Source: Pedobacter sp.
GTDB lineage: Bacteria > Desulfobacterota > Desulfuromonadia > Desulfuromonadales > Syntrophotaleaceae
Assembly (NCBI GenBank): GCA_050253415.1
Contig: JBFWJC010000002.1
Location: forward strand, 160,001-224,000
Reading direction: 5' to 3'
DNA: 64,000 bases
Position 1 is the first letter of the stretch, and the number at the start of each line of letters is the position of its first letter. The notes under the pieces are model-generated. The model saw only the letters and a program-made list of their open reading frames with translations, searched no databases and was not told the DNA's origin. Shown here piece by piece: positions 25,834 to 36,227 of this stretch. The translations under genes and the position numbers were made by a program.

Positions 25834-26877
25834 ATGGCTATCGATCTTTTTGCCACGCGTACCATGCTGCCCGCCGTCGAACAGATGAAGCGGCCCAAAA
25901 CCTTCCTGCTCGACCTGTTCTTCCCCGGTGCGCGCACCTTCGGCACCGAAACCGTCGATGTCGATATCGTCAAAGGCAAGCGCCGCATGGCGCCGTTTGT
26001 CGCACCGGTTGTCGAAGGCAAGGTCGTCACCAAGCGCGGCTACACCACCAGCACTTTTAAGCCGCCCTACGTCAAGCCTAAATTCCCGACCACCGCCCAG
26101 CAGTTGCTCAACCGCGCGCCGGGCGAGTCACTGTATGCCGGGCAAAAGTCGCCCCAGCAGCGCGCCTCCGAGCAGCTTGGCAAAGATCTCGCCGAGCTCG
26201 ATGAAATGATCACCCGTCGCGAAGAGTGGATGGCCGCCCAGGCGCTGGACTCCGGCACCATCACCGTCAGCGGCGACGGCGTCGAAACCGCCGTCGATTT
26301 CGGCATGGCCGCCACCCATAAAATCACCCTCACCGGTGGAGATCTGTGGAGCGACACCGTCAACAGCAACCCCATCGCCGACCTCACCACCTTTGCGCTG
26401 TTGTGCGCCAAAGACGCCGGTGTGGTGCCCAACACCGTCGTGCTCGGCACCGATACCAGCCAGGCGTTTATGGCGCACCCCAAAGTGCAGGCGCTGCTCG
26501 ACCTTAAAGACGCCAACCTGATCCGCATCAACCCACGCGAGCTGCCCGAGGGCGCCAGCTACATCGGCACCATCACCGCGCCCAACCTCAACGTCGATGT
26601 GTTCACCTACGCCGAATGGTACGTCGACGACAACGATGTCGAGCAGCCCATGGTTCCTGTCGACAAATGCTGGATGGGATCCACCCGCACCGCCAACACC
26701 AAACTGTACGGTGCCATTCAGGATCTCGACGCCATCGAATCCGGTCTGATCGAAGCCGAGCGTTATCCTAAATCCTGGGTGACTCCTGACCCAAGCCAGC
26801 GCTTTTTGATGCTGCAGTCTGCGCCCCTGGTCGGATTTCTCCAACCCGACGCCTTCGTCAGCGCCAAGGTCATCTAA
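25834..26877 (+). CDS. Major capsid protein (lambda gpE family)
   Basis: FLLDLFF, MAPFVAP, F.PPYVKPK, REEWMAAQAL, QSAPL. Confidence 0.92.
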   Translation: MAIDLFATRTMLPAVEQMKRPKTFLLDLFFPGARTFGTETVDVDIVKGKRRMAPFVAPVVEGKVVTKRGYTTSTFKPPYVKPKFPTTAQQLLNRAPGESLYAGQKSPQQRASEQLGKDLAELDEMITRREEWMAAQALDSGTITVSGDGVETAVDFGMAATHKITLTGGDLWSDTVNSNPIADLTTFALLCAKDAGVVPNTVVLGTDTSQAFMAHPKVQALLDLKDANLIRINPRELPEGASYIGTITAPNLNVDVFTYAEWYVDDNDVEQPMVPVDKCWMGSTRTANTKLYGAIQDLDAIESGLIEAERYPKSWVTPDPSQRFLMLQSAPLVGFLQPDAFVSAKVI

Positions 26878-26956
26878 TCGCGATAGTTAACCGCTAAGCG
26901 CAATAAGGAAAACCTGTTCAGGGTTTTACCCTGGACCGGTTGCGAAAGGCCAAGAC

Positions 26957-27304
26957 ATGAAAATCACCGCAATAAACACCATCAAATACAAAGGGCAATA
27001 TATCGCCCCGGGCGAGACCTTCGACGCGGATAAAAAGATAGCCACCGACTTGCTCAAACAAGGTGTTGCCACTGCCTGCGCCGTGGATACCACCGCAGCC
27101 GCCGCCGAAAAATCCGCCGCCGCGCAAGAGGCCGCCATGATCGAAAAGATCAAAGCCGTCAAAAACCAAGGCGAATTGGCCGAGCTGATCCCTGACAACG
27201 AGACGCGTCCCGCCATCCTCGCTGCCGGTGAAGCTCGCTGGAAAGAGCTCGGCGAATCTCTTGGCGACACGGGAGAGGCCGGCGCAGAGACTGCCGGCGC
27301 TTAA
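26957..27304 (+). CDS. Head-associated hypothetical protein
   Basis: Follows capsid; Y.PGETF...L...GVA pattern. Confidence 0.6.
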   Translation: MKITAINTIKYKGQYIAPGETFDADKKIATDLLKQGVATACAVDTTAAAAEKSAAAQEAAMIEKIKAVKNQGELAELIPDNETRPAILAAGEARWKELGESLGDTGEAGAETAGA

Positions 27305-27385
27305 TATCACCTAACCCCCAACAGCGCGGGGCCGCCATAGGCGGTCCTCATCTCCACGCCTGGCCCCGCGCGATTTAGTGACCCG

Positions 27386-27592
27386 ATGACACCAGAGATG
27401 CTGCAAATAGCCGTATTGGCCCTGATCGGGTTGCTGAGTATAGCCACCACGATTATCGGTTTTTTTGTCGCCCGCACCATGTCCAAGGTCGACGCTAACC
27501 AAACCATCCTGTTCGAGCGCCAAACGGCATTGGAGCGCCAGTTTTTTGAGCTGCTCGGGGAGCACAAGGCCAGGCATGAGGGGAATAAATGA
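27386..27592 (+). CDS. Putative holin / small membrane protein
   Basis: One TM helix; overlaps the endolysin start. Confidence 0.5.
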   Translation: MTPEMLQIAVLALIGLLSIATTIIGFFVARTMSKVDANQTILFERQTALERQFFELLGEHKARHEGNK

Positions 27593-28200
27593 CCACCAAC
27601 CGCGAAACCAAATACGACGACATCATCAAAGACGCCGTGCTGCGCCACTTTCCAGAACTGCTCACCGACTTTGGCCCGTTTGGCTGGCTGTGGATCTGCG
27701 CGCAGATCTGGCAGGAATCGCGGTTTGACCCCAACGCCGTCTCACCCGTCGGCGCCATGGGCCTGATGCAACTCATGCCCGCCACCGCCAAAGAGCTTGG
27801 CGTCACCGACCCCTTTGACCCGGAGCAAAACATCAACGGCGGCGTTTTTTACCTCGCCGACCAATACCGGCACATGGACGAGATACCGACCTACGCCGAG
27901 CGGATACGCTTTGCCCTGGCAAGCTACAACGGCGGCCGAGGCAATATCAATTTAACCCTGGTATTCGGTCGCGACGCCGAAGGCCTGCCGCCAAGCTTCA
28001 AGCGCTGGCGTCTCGGCGGCCGCCTGCCAGGGCGCTGGCAGACCTGGAGCTTTGCCTCCTCGTTTTTGTCCGATTCCCGCATGCCGCGCATCGACTACAA
28101 GCAGATCCGCGACTACGTCGCCAAGATCGAAACCCGGTATCTGCACTATCTGCATGAGGCGCTTGACGGCCAAGGGCAGGTGCTCCATGCCGGACACTGA
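27589..28200 (+). CDS. Endolysin, lytic transglycosylase (SLT)
   Basis: QESRFDPNAVSPVGAMGLMQLMPAT, ALASYNGG. Confidence 0.9.
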   Translation: MTTNRETKYDDIIKDAVLRHFPELLTDFGPFGWLWICAQIWQESRFDPNAVSPVGAMGLMQLMPATAKELGVTDPFDPEQNINGGVFYLADQYRHMDEIPTYAERIRFALASYNGGRGNINLTLVFGRDAEGLPPSFKRWRLGGRLPGRWQTWSFASSFLSDSRMPRIDYKQIRDYVAKIETRYLHYLHEALDGQGQVLHAGH

Positions 28201-28310
28201 CCCTGCAACCTGGGGCCGCTGCTCCAATAGCCTGACAGGCTCTTGCCCATCCGCAGGCAAGGGCGCCCTTAAATGCGCCGCCACCATTTGCCCGGGGAGA
28301 GAGATTGAGG

Positions 28311-28841
28311 ATGACCCAAGCCGACCTGACAAAACGCGCAAAGACCGGTGATGTACTGCTGGTCAAATCCGACGGCACCATCGGCAAACTCATCCGCTGC
28401 CTGACCGGCGAGAGTTATAGCCATGTGGCTGTGCTGGTGTGGGTGCCTGGTCAATACGGCTTTGAGTTGCTCGTCTATGAATTCGTCGAGGGCGTTGGAC
28501 ACCAGACCATGAGCCTGGCGGATTGGATGGACCGGCGTCAGGACCAGACCCTGTTTTATGGTGTGGCGCCCGATCCCGTGCATCAGTATCCGACCAAGGC
28601 CCGCGCCGCTGCCGAATACTATCGCACAGCTCCGCTGCTCAAACGCTCCTACGGTTATTTGAGCCTCGCCAAAGTGTGGCTTAGCCAGTTGTTTGAGTGC
28701 CGGATACCCGTGCGGCAAAAAGTCTGCTCCACCTTCGCACAAGAAGTCTGGCGGCTGGCCGGTTACGACGCCATTGGCCGCACCGCCGACCCCGGCGACA
28801 TCGCTCAACACTGTGATCCCCTTTACCCCCTGTGGAGGTAA
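28311..28841 (+). CDS. Permuted papain-like NlpC/P60 (YiiX/YebB-like) protein
   Basis: KTGDVLL...YSHVAV...VCSTFA. Confidence 0.65.
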   Translation: MTQADLTKRAKTGDVLLVKSDGTIGKLIRCLTGESYSHVAVLVWVPGQYGFELLVYEFVEGVGHQTMSLADWMDRRQDQTLFYGVAPDPVHQYPTKARAAAEYYRTAPLLKRSYGYLSLAKVWLSQLFECRIPVRQKVCSTFAQEVWRLAGYDAIGRTADPGDIAQHCDPLYPLWR

Positions 28842-28847
28842 TACCCC

Positions 28848-29363
28848 ATGAAATCGAGACTTCCTTTTTTGGCCCTGATTCTTCTGTTCGCTTTGACCAT
28901 GCTGGTGGTCGGTTGCTGCACGTCTCCGACCGCCGATCCCGTCGGTGCTGCGTTCGACCGTCATGAAACAGGCCTGCATCTCGCCGTCAATGTCGGTGTC
29001 GGCCAGCTACTCACCGCGCACCCCGAGTGGGCCCTCCCCGCGGCGCAGATCGCCGAGGCCGTCGCCGTCGAGCTGGAGACCGAAGGGCTGGTCAGCCTCG
29101 AGCGCCTGCAGCAAGAGGTCACCGACCGTATCGACTGGGAGGGGCTGCCGCCCGCCGAGCAGAGCCTGATACTCAGCGTGGTCGATACCGCCGCCGAGGC
29201 CATATCCAGGCGACTGGATGAATCCGGCCTGACCGATCCCAACGAGCGCAAGATCCGCGTCGCCAAAGTGCTGCGCTGGATCTCCGAAACAGCCCGCGCC
29301 CGATCAGGCACCGCCGCCGTCAAAAATGCCGCCCGTGGGAAGAGCTATCAGGTGCTCGCGTGA
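28848..29363 (+). CDS. Lipoprotein (possible lysis accessory)
   Basis: Signal peptide with lipobox VVGC. Confidence 0.55.
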   Translation: MKSRLPFLALILLFALTMLVVGCCTSPTADPVGAAFDRHETGLHLAVNVGVGQLLTAHPEWALPAAQIAEAVAVELETEGLVSLERLQQEVTDRIDWEGLPPAEQSLILSVVDTAAEAISRRLDESGLTDPNERKIRVAKVLRWISETARARSGTAAVKNAARGKSYQVLA

Positions 29364-29650
29364 TTGATACCGGTGAAGTCCTCGATTGCGCCATGGACGA
29401 CTGGGGCGAACTGCTGCCCGTCGGTGGCGTTGAAAAGATGGTTATTTTCGAAGAACCGGGAGAGACCATGTCCCCGCTTACCGGAGAGATCGTGACCACG
29501 GCCCCACAGATATCAGGGCCGACGGCTGATCTTGGGTCCGTCGAACGGGGTACCGAGGTCGTGCGCGGAGGGATCACCTACTATGTTGTGTCCCCGCCAC
29601 GTAATGACGGTATGGGTGACACAACTCTGATCTTAAGCAAGGATCCGTAA
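29360..29650 (+). CDS. Head-tail joining protein (FII-like)
   Basis: Position and C-terminal Y.V....DGMG.T.L.L pattern. Confidence 0.6.
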   Translation: MIDTGEVLDCAMDDWGELLPVGGVEKMVIFEEPGETMSPLTGEIVTTAPQISGPTADLGSVERGTEVVRGGITYYVVSPPRNDGMGDTTLILSKDP

Positions 29651-30109
29651 ATGGCCAAGTCAACCATCCGCCAGCAGCTTGTCGAAAAAGTTACGGCGCG
29701 GCTGCAAACCATTCTGCAAGCCAACGATTACAATACCGATCTTGGTTTGCGCGTCCGTGTGTCACCGACAGACCAGTTCAAGCCGCCGGAAACGGAGGGT
29801 AAATCGTATTGTCTCGATCTGTTTTTCCCGACGTCCGGCTCGGATATATCCGAGGTGACCAAACGCTGGGATCATTCTCTCGACGTTGACATCGATGTTT
29901 ATGGATTTGGTCCGGTAACGGAAGCAGACATTTCAAACATGATTGCCGATGTGTTCGCCGCCGTCGGCACAGACCCCGGGTGGGACGGTTTAGCGATAAA
30001 GTCACGCACCCCGCAGGTTAACCCCGAGCTTGCCCGGCGTGAGCGCCTGGTCGGCTGCGCCAATATTGCGTTCAAGATCGAATATATGACCCCCGAATGG
30101 CAAATCTAA
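29651..30109 (+). CDS. Tail terminator-like protein
   Basis: IRQQLV..V.ARL..I....YNTDLG...DPGWDGLA; precedes the tail tube gene. Confidence 0.55.
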   Translation: MAKSTIRQQLVEKVTARLQTILQANDYNTDLGLRVRVSPTDQFKPPETEGKSYCLDLFFPTSGSDISEVTKRWDHSLDVDIDVYGFGPVTEADISNMIADVFAAVGTDPGWDGLAIKSRTPQVNPELARRERLVGCANIAFKIEYMTPEWQI

Positions 30110-30128
30110 TCCAGGCTAGGAGCGAACT

Positions 30129-31244
30129 ATGGGTTATCAAAAGCAAGAAACCACCGTTTATGTCAAAGAACAGACCGCCAAAGGGGCAATCGCCGTTGTG
30201 GGTGACGCCGACGCCATCCAGATAACCGACAAAACAACCCTTGTGAAACCGCAGGCCGCCGAGGTTGAGTCGCCTGTGTTGCGGCCACGTGGATCGCGCC
30301 TGCCTCCTAAAAAATATGCCATAGGCAAATGGGGTATCGGTGATCACGGCGTGATTTGGCACGGCAGCGGAACCCCCGGCACGCCTCCGGAGTTCGGTGT
30401 ACTTCTTAAAAATCTCCTCGGTACCGAGGTGACAAACGCTGCAGGTACCGTCGAGGCCGGTAGTGGGGCCGTGGGTGGTTTCGACTCAGCCCTGGACCTG
30501 ACGGTCGGCCAGGCCGTGCGCGTAGCCATTGGTGCTGGTTACGAAATCCGCCTTATCTCCGGTAAATCCGGGTCAGGTACCTATACCTACACCGTTGATC
30601 GCGATTTTGCCCAGGCGCCTGCCGACAGTGCCGAGATCTGCGCCGGGGTCAGTTACATCATCGGCACCACAGACAAGTGGTTGACCGTCGACCAATACGA
30701 AGACAAAAACCGCTATCTGGCAAGCGATGTTCGCTGCCGGTCACTCAAGTGGAGCTTGGGAGCCAAGGATATTGTCGCCGGGGTTTTCGGACTTAAAGCT
30801 TTGACCTGCGAAGAGTCGGACGTTCCGGCGGGGGATCCCAACAACTTTGTCTGGGATGACCGCCTGCCCTTTGTCGGGGCAAGCTGCACCATGCTGATCG
30901 GTGGATCTTCCGTTAACGTCAAGTCCCTCGAATTCGACATTGAAGTGCCGAAAGAAGTCTCCTACGTCAACGACAACGGCTTATCCGATCTGCCCGGAGA
31001 CTCCAACATCAATGCCAGCGGCACGGTCGTCCGCGAAATGCTCGGTGTATCTCCATTGAGTGCGTTCTTTTCCGGGACCCTGGCCGATGTCGTATGGCAG
31101 CAGACCAGTTCAGACGGCGACATAGGGTTTGTTCAGTTTTCCGACGTGCAGAACGGCAGGGCGGATGCCCAGGATGAAGACGACGACCTGCAATGGTCTG
31201 TACCCTTCACGATCACCGGCGGGATCTGCATCGGGTTTTTCTGA
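30129..31244 (+). CDS. Major tail tube protein (putative)
   Basis: Size and position; GSGTPGTPPEFG.LL motif. Confidence 0.6.
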   Translation: MGYQKQETTVYVKEQTAKGAIAVVGDADAIQITDKTTLVKPQAAEVESPVLRPRGSRLPPKKYAIGKWGIGDHGVIWHGSGTPGTPPEFGVLLKNLLGTEVTNAAGTVEAGSGAVGGFDSALDLTVGQAVRVAIGAGYEIRLISGKSGSGTYTYTVDRDFAQAPADSAEICAGVSYIIGTTDKWLTVDQYEDKNRYLASDVRCRSLKWSLGAKDIVAGVFGLKALTCEESDVPAGDPNNFVWDDRLPFVGASCTMLIGGSSVNVKSLEFDIEVPKEVSYVNDNGLSDLPGDSNINASGTVVREMLGVSPLSAFFSGTLADVVWQQTSSDGDIGFVQFSDVQNGRADAQDEDDDLQWSVPFTITGGICIGFF

Positions 31245-31576
31245 TGACCAAAGAAGAGTTCCTGTCATTGCTCCCGGGCATCCGCCGCGCCGCAAAAAAA
31301 CTCGGCTACGCGATCGGCTTGCACGGAAGCCTGGCGCGTGATTTCGACCTGATCGCAGCGCCTTGGACCGAAGACGCCGCCACGCCTGACGCATTGGCTG
31401 AAGCCGTTTTTGAGGCGGCCGGCGGCGTCCGTTGGCGAGTCTGGTGGAACCATGGCAAACCAAAGCCGCACGGCCGAAAGGCATACGCTTTTGATTGGGA
31501 CAAGAGCAACCACGAAAACCGGGACTACTGTGACCTAAGCGTAATGCCGAGGTACACCAGCCCAACCAAGGAATAA
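31244..31576 (+). CDS. Small phage protein with a nucleotidyltransferase-like GS..DxD motif
   Basis: GYAIGLHGSLARDFDLIAAPW; coupled TGATG start. Confidence 0.55.
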   Translation: MTKEEFLSLLPGIRRAAKKLGYAIGLHGSLARDFDLIAAPWTEDAATPDALAEAVFEAAGGVRWRVWWNHGKPKPHGRKAYAFDWDKSNHENRDYCDLSVMPRYTSPTKE

Positions 31577-31676
31577 ACCATGCGCAAACTTTTTAAATAC
31601 ATCGGTTACCTGCTGCGCTACCCGCGCGGCTTTATCCGCGTCTGGCGCGAAAACTACCGCAAGCAAAAGGTCGCCG

Positions 31677-33128
31677 ATGGCCAGAGATAAAAAAATATCG
31701 CTGATTATCAGCGCCAAAAACAAAGCCAAAGGTGTCTTTACCTCGGTCAAAAAAGGCCTGTCCGATATCGGTGGCCTGGCGAAAAAGATTTTTTCGCCGA
31801 CCGGCCTGATCCTCGGTGGTCTCGGTGCGCTTGGCCTGGGTAAGCTGGCAGGCTCGTTTATCGAAACCGCCAGCAGCTTCGAGGGTCTTGAGGCAAGCTT
31901 GACCACCACCCTCGGCAGCCTCGACAAGGCGCGACAGGCGATCGCCTACGCCAACAAAGAGGCGGCCGCCTCGCCCTATACCGTGCTGGAATACGGCGAA
32001 GCGATCAAGACTCTGTCGGCCTATGGTGTCGACTATGCCACGGTCATGAAGACCGTTGGCGATACAGCGGCCAGTATGGGCAAGCCTCTGCAACAGGCGG
32101 TTGAAGCCCTGGCCGATGCCCTGCAAGGGGAGGGCGAGCGCCTCAAGGAATTCGGCATCAAGCAATCGGTGGCCGGTGACCAGATCACCTACACCTGGGT
32201 CGATGCCATGGGCAAGGTGCGTAACACTGTCGCCAAAAACAGCCCCGAGATTATCCAGCAAACCCTGCTCGCCATTTGGAATGAGAAGTACAAAGGCGGC
32301 ATGGACAAGTTCGCCTCCACCTGGCAGGGCGTGACATCCACAGCCAAAAGCCTGTGGGATGATTTCAAACTCGCCGTGATGAACAGCGGCGCGTTTGAGC
32401 TGATGAAGAAGAGCCTGCAAGTCATCATCGACAAGCTCAACGAGGCCAAAAAAACCGGAGATTTTCAAGCCTGGGCCGAGCGCATCGGGCAGGCGATTTT
32501 TAACATCGGCAAAACGTTGATCACGTTCATTCCTCAAGCTCTGATCCTTATCCTCGATGTCGTTGCCAAGATTTCCATGGGCATACGCGGATGGCAGATG
32601 CTTATCGGAGAGGCCAAGATCGCAGGACTCGGGTTCGCGGCATTTATGCAAGGCGTCATTCGCGATATCGCCAAGGTCGCTGCCGTTACGCTCGACAAAA
32701 TGAATATATGGGGGCTGTACGACAACAACGTGCGCGACCTTGTCAACTTGGCACAGAGTCAATCGCAGGTCGTCAGGCAACTCAATGCCGATAAAGAAGC
32801 CGCCATCCGAAAACAACAGCAAACCATCGCCGGATACACCAAGGAACAAAAGGAAATAGAGGGGTATAAAACCAAGGTCGCTGAGATGCAGGGCGCGTTT
32901 GACGGGTTTGTGTCCACGATATCCGCCGTGGTCGAAGAGCAAAAAAAGATCGGCCCGGCCGCCGCCGAAGGCATGGGGCAGGCCACCGACGAAGCCGGCC
33001 GCTTTCTGGCCGTACTGAGGCAAATCAAAGCCACTCAAGCGGGGATCACCGATTTTCGCGGCAGTAATCTTGGAGGCAATCTATCCTCCCTTGAGGCCCA
33101 GCTAAAAACTGCGGAGCGCACTGAATGA
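31677..33128 (+). CDS. Tail tape measure protein (short, 483 aa)
   Basis: ISLIISAKNKA N-terminus; VGDTAASMGKPLQQAVEALADA.QGEGERLKEFGI. Confidence 0.85.
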   Translation: MARDKKISLIISAKNKAKGVFTSVKKGLSDIGGLAKKIFSPTGLILGGLGALGLGKLAGSFIETASSFEGLEASLTTTLGSLDKARQAIAYANKEAAASPYTVLEYGEAIKTLSAYGVDYATVMKTVGDTAASMGKPLQQAVEALADALQGEGERLKEFGIKQSVAGDQITYTWVDAMGKVRNTVAKNSPEIIQQTLLAIWNEKYKGGMDKFASTWQGVTSTAKSLWDDFKLAVMNSGAFELMKKSLQVIIDKLNEAKKTGDFQAWAERIGQAIFNIGKTLITFIPQALILILDVVAKISMGIRGWQMLIGEAKIAGLGFAAFMQGVIRDIAKVAAVTLDKMNIWGLYDNNVRDLVNLAQSQSQVVRQLNADKEAAIRKQQQTIAGYTKEQKEIEGYKTKVAEMQGAFDGFVSTISAVVEEQKKIGPAAAEGMGQATDEAGRFLAVLRQIKATQAGITDFRGSNLGGNLSSLEAQLKTAERTE

Positions 33129-35569
33129 TCCCCGTCGATTTTTTCGTCCATATCGAAGACGCTACCCTGCAGTGGCAGGACGTCACCGAGCAGCTGCGCA
33201 GTCTGACAGACGGCACCAGCGGAGAGGCCGATATCATCCCTACGGTGACCCTGACCTTTGCCGCCGATATAGACGGGTCGTTACTTACCCTGCTAAACCC
33301 GGAGATAAATAAAGACCGGGCGCGGATCCGCATCACTGACGGCGATCTGGTCACCGATTATCTTATGGAGGGAAAGTCTGGCAAGGCAGAGAATGGTCTT
33401 GACTACCCCACAGTCACCGGCCGCGCCTATGCCGGAGTGCTCGACAACTGGCGGCCGCTCTCCTGGGATTGGCCGTCCGACACGCTGTGCAGCGCCATGG
33501 CCGCGCAGGTCGCCCATCAGGATATGGCCAACCAGGGCGGCGCCACCGTCGGCGTGATCTGGCAGGCAACCCTTGACCCGACTATCCCCGGCGGGCGCTA
33601 CTCGGTCAGCAAAAAACGCCGCCGCGACATCATTGCCGAGATCGCCGAAGCCTGCGCCGCGTGCGTGCGCACCTCCGCCGACGGCCGCAATCTCGAGGTT
33701 TACGACCGCCCGAGCCGCGCCTTGACCGAAACCGCCGCCCGCAACTACGCCAATGCCCTGAGCCTGTCGTACCAGTTCGACCGTGTAGACGAGCCGGCCA
33801 ACGCTGTGCGCGTGCAGGGCGAAGTGCTCGACTATACCCGCCCGACCCTGCCGGTGGTCAAGGTCACCCTGGTGCCCGGCGCCATCGAAGCCGACGGCGA
33901 GGACACCGCCTCGGCCGTGGCGCGCGTCTATGACAGCGCCGGTCAGCCGGTGCAGCACGAAGCCGTGGTCGACGAAGCCATCACCGCCGGCAGCTATACC
34001 AGCATCCCCGTGTCCGGCTGTTTTTCCGTGCAGGGCGTATGGCTCAACACCGGCACGCAAGAGGCCCCCGTCAAGGGCGCCAAGGTGCCGCCGACCGGTT
34101 TTGACGCCAGCAGCATCACTGTGCCCGACAACGGCACCCAGCTGTTTATCGTCAGCTACACCCGCGCCGAATCGGTCAGCTGGTCAAGCGCCGACGTGCA
34201 AAAGCAGATCGACGGCGAGGGCCACACCACCAGCGGTACCCTGACGGTCTCCACCAGCAACGCCATAGGCAACGTGCGCGGCGTCTACCGCGCCAGCGAC
34301 GCCAACCGCACCGGCACCAACTACTACACCGGCGGCAGCGCCGCCGCAGGCGGCACCGCCATCACCCTCGGCATCTCCCCGGGCGCTGCAGGCACCGCCG
34401 TGATCATCGATTACGACCAGTACGAGGCCACCCCCTCGGTTAATATCAGCCCGTCCTCAAGCCTGTGCGACGCCGAGGGCAAAGCCACCACCACCATCGG
34501 CGCGGGTACCAGCGTCGGCACCGTTTCCATTGTCGCCAGCGCCCTGGGCCAGAGCGGCAGCGCCAAGCTAAGCCTGACCGGCGACGCCGTCGGCTCCCTC
34601 AGCGTCACCGCCGACCCGCAGACCATCCGCGCCCAGCAAAGCACCACCGCCGTCACGACCTTCACCGCCGAGGCCTGCCAGACCGCCGCCGACGATGACG
34701 GGGGCATATACGTCGCCGTCGACAACCTGGTCACCTACTGCGGCCAGGTGCTGCTCAGCGGCTACGGCAACGCCCCGGTGCTGCGCTGGACCAACAACGC
34801 CGCAACCGACGATTACCGCATCTACCTCATGACCAGCGCCCCGGCCGGTGTCAACGCCACGGCCGATTACACCGGTCGCGAGGTCATCGACGAAGCCGAC
34901 CAGACCAGCACCATCACCGCCAACGTGTTGACCAGCGCAGGCGCCGCGGTCAGCGACGGCACCGAAGTCAAGTTCGCCCTGTCCGGAGCAGCGGGCGGTT
35001 CAACCCTCAGCGCCCAGCAGCAGACCACCAGCGACGGCCAGGCCAGCGTCACCCTGACCGCCGGCAGCGTCGCGCAGTTTAACGTCGTGGTCACCGTAGG
35101 CCCCTACAGCGCCCGGGTACAGATCACCGTCACCGATCAACCGCTGGCCGCCGAGCAGACCAGCAGCACCGCCACTGGCACGACATCCAGCGGATACAGC
35201 GACACGGCGACCGGTGATGCGGAAACCGAAGAAGAAACATCTCTCGAAGATGGCGAATACAAACGTGCCGACGGTCGAGTTTGTCATCTGGTGCTCAAGG
35301 ATTGGGAAGACGCCAGCGGGAATATACGGGGCCGTCGTTTAGCAAAGGGCTGCGATGGGGTGTTGCCTTTTGCTAAAATCATTATCGACGGAGTGGTTGA
35401 GGTGACCACCGACGCCGAGGGTTACTTTTATTTTTCTGTGGCTGCGGCCGGATCACACACAGCCACGTATAACAACATAGAGAAAACCTTTTCCGTCGCC
35501 TCCGGTGGCGATATGCGCTGGACGCCTGGATCCTCTGATCGCTGGTATGAGGTTTGTCGCGATGAGTGA
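33125..35569 (+). CDS. Tail protein with Ig-like (Big_1/invasin-type) domains
   Basis: IEADGEDTA, STITANV...DGTEVKF, TTSDGQASVTLTAG repeats. Confidence 0.7.
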   Translation: MIPVDFFVHIEDATLQWQDVTEQLRSLTDGTSGEADIIPTVTLTFAADIDGSLLTLLNPEINKDRARIRITDGDLVTDYLMEGKSGKAENGLDYPTVTGRAYAGVLDNWRPLSWDWPSDTLCSAMAAQVAHQDMANQGGATVGVIWQATLDPTIPGGRYSVSKKRRRDIIAEIAEACAACVRTSADGRNLEVYDRPSRALTETAARNYANALSLSYQFDRVDEPANAVRVQGEVLDYTRPTLPVVKVTLVPGAIEADGEDTASAVARVYDSAGQPVQHEAVVDEAITAGSYTSIPVSGCFSVQGVWLNTGTQEAPVKGAKVPPTGFDASSITVPDNGTQLFIVSYTRAESVSWSSADVQKQIDGEGHTTSGTLTVSTSNAIGNVRGVYRASDANRTGTNYYTGGSAAAGGTAITLGISPGAAGTAVIIDYDQYEATPSVNISPSSSLCDAEGKATTTIGAGTSVGTVSIVASALGQSGSAKLSLTGDAVGSLSVTADPQTIRAQQSTTAVTTFTAEACQTAADDDGGIYVAVDNLVTYCGQVLLSGYGNAPVLRWTNNAATDDYRIYLMTSAPAGVNATADYTGREVIDEADQTSTITANVLTSAGAAVSDGTEVKFALSGAAGGSTLSAQQQTTSDGQASVTLTAGSVAQFNVVVTVGPYSARVQITVTDQPLAAEQTSSTATGTTSSGYSDTATGDAETEEETSLEDGEYKRADGRVCHLVLKDWEDASGNIRGRRLAKGCDGVLPFAKIIIDGVVEVTTDAEGYFYFSVAAAGSHTATYNNIEKTFSVASGGDMRWTPGSSDRWYEVCRDE

Positions 35570-36227
35570 TATCCCTGACCAGACAACCTTTTGCGATCCC
35601 GCCGAAGATGCGGAAAAAGTCGGAGAAATCCTGTTTTGCGATACGGCAGAAGATGCAAAAAAAGTTGGCGAACTGCGCTTTTGCGACAAGGATGAACAGG
35701 GCCAAACAGATTTACCAGGGGAATGCCAGGGGCTCGATGAACTGGAAATTGCAGGCTCGGAAACCCCCGGAGTTGGAACCATATACGGGGCATCGGGTGG
35801 ATTGCGCCCATACAGCTGGAGCATCAGCGCCGGGGTGATCGACGGAGGCGGCCGCGTCAACAGCCTCTCGGGCGCATGCGGAGCCGGATCGGTCACCGTC
35901 ACGGACGCATGCGGAAACACCGCAACTATGGATGTCCGGTTTCCCGACGGACAATGGGTGCTGAAAGAGTCGTGGACCAACCCATGTTACTGGTGGGCCG
36001 ATGAAAAATACCTACATACCGAGGAGGTTATATCCGGTCACTCAAAGCATCACATCAATTTTTCGCACAAGGGAGTCGGGATGGATTGCGCAGCATGCGA
36101 GTGTATCGCCGGCTGGTGCTGCGATAGTAGCACGACATTTTTTGATTATTTCGGAATTCCCGGTGACGGCACCGAGGTGAGCATCTACCCGTCACTGGCC
36201 TCTATTTACGCGTGGGAATGCCCATGA
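35562..36227 (+). CDS. Cys-rich tail-associated protein with 15-aa N-terminal repeats
   Basis: FCDPAEDAEKVGEIL/FCDTAEDAKKVGELR; ASGG..PYSWS; VTVTDACG. Confidence 0.55.
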   Translation: MSDIPDQTTFCDPAEDAEKVGEILFCDTAEDAKKVGELRFCDKDEQGQTDLPGECQGLDELEIAGSETPGVGTIYGASGGLRPYSWSISAGVIDGGGRVNSLSGACGAGSVTVTDACGNTATMDVRFPDGQWVLKESWTNPCYWWADEKYLHTEEVISGHSKHHINFSHKGVGMDCAACECIAGWCCDSSTTFFDYFGIPGDGTEVSIYPSLASIYAWECP

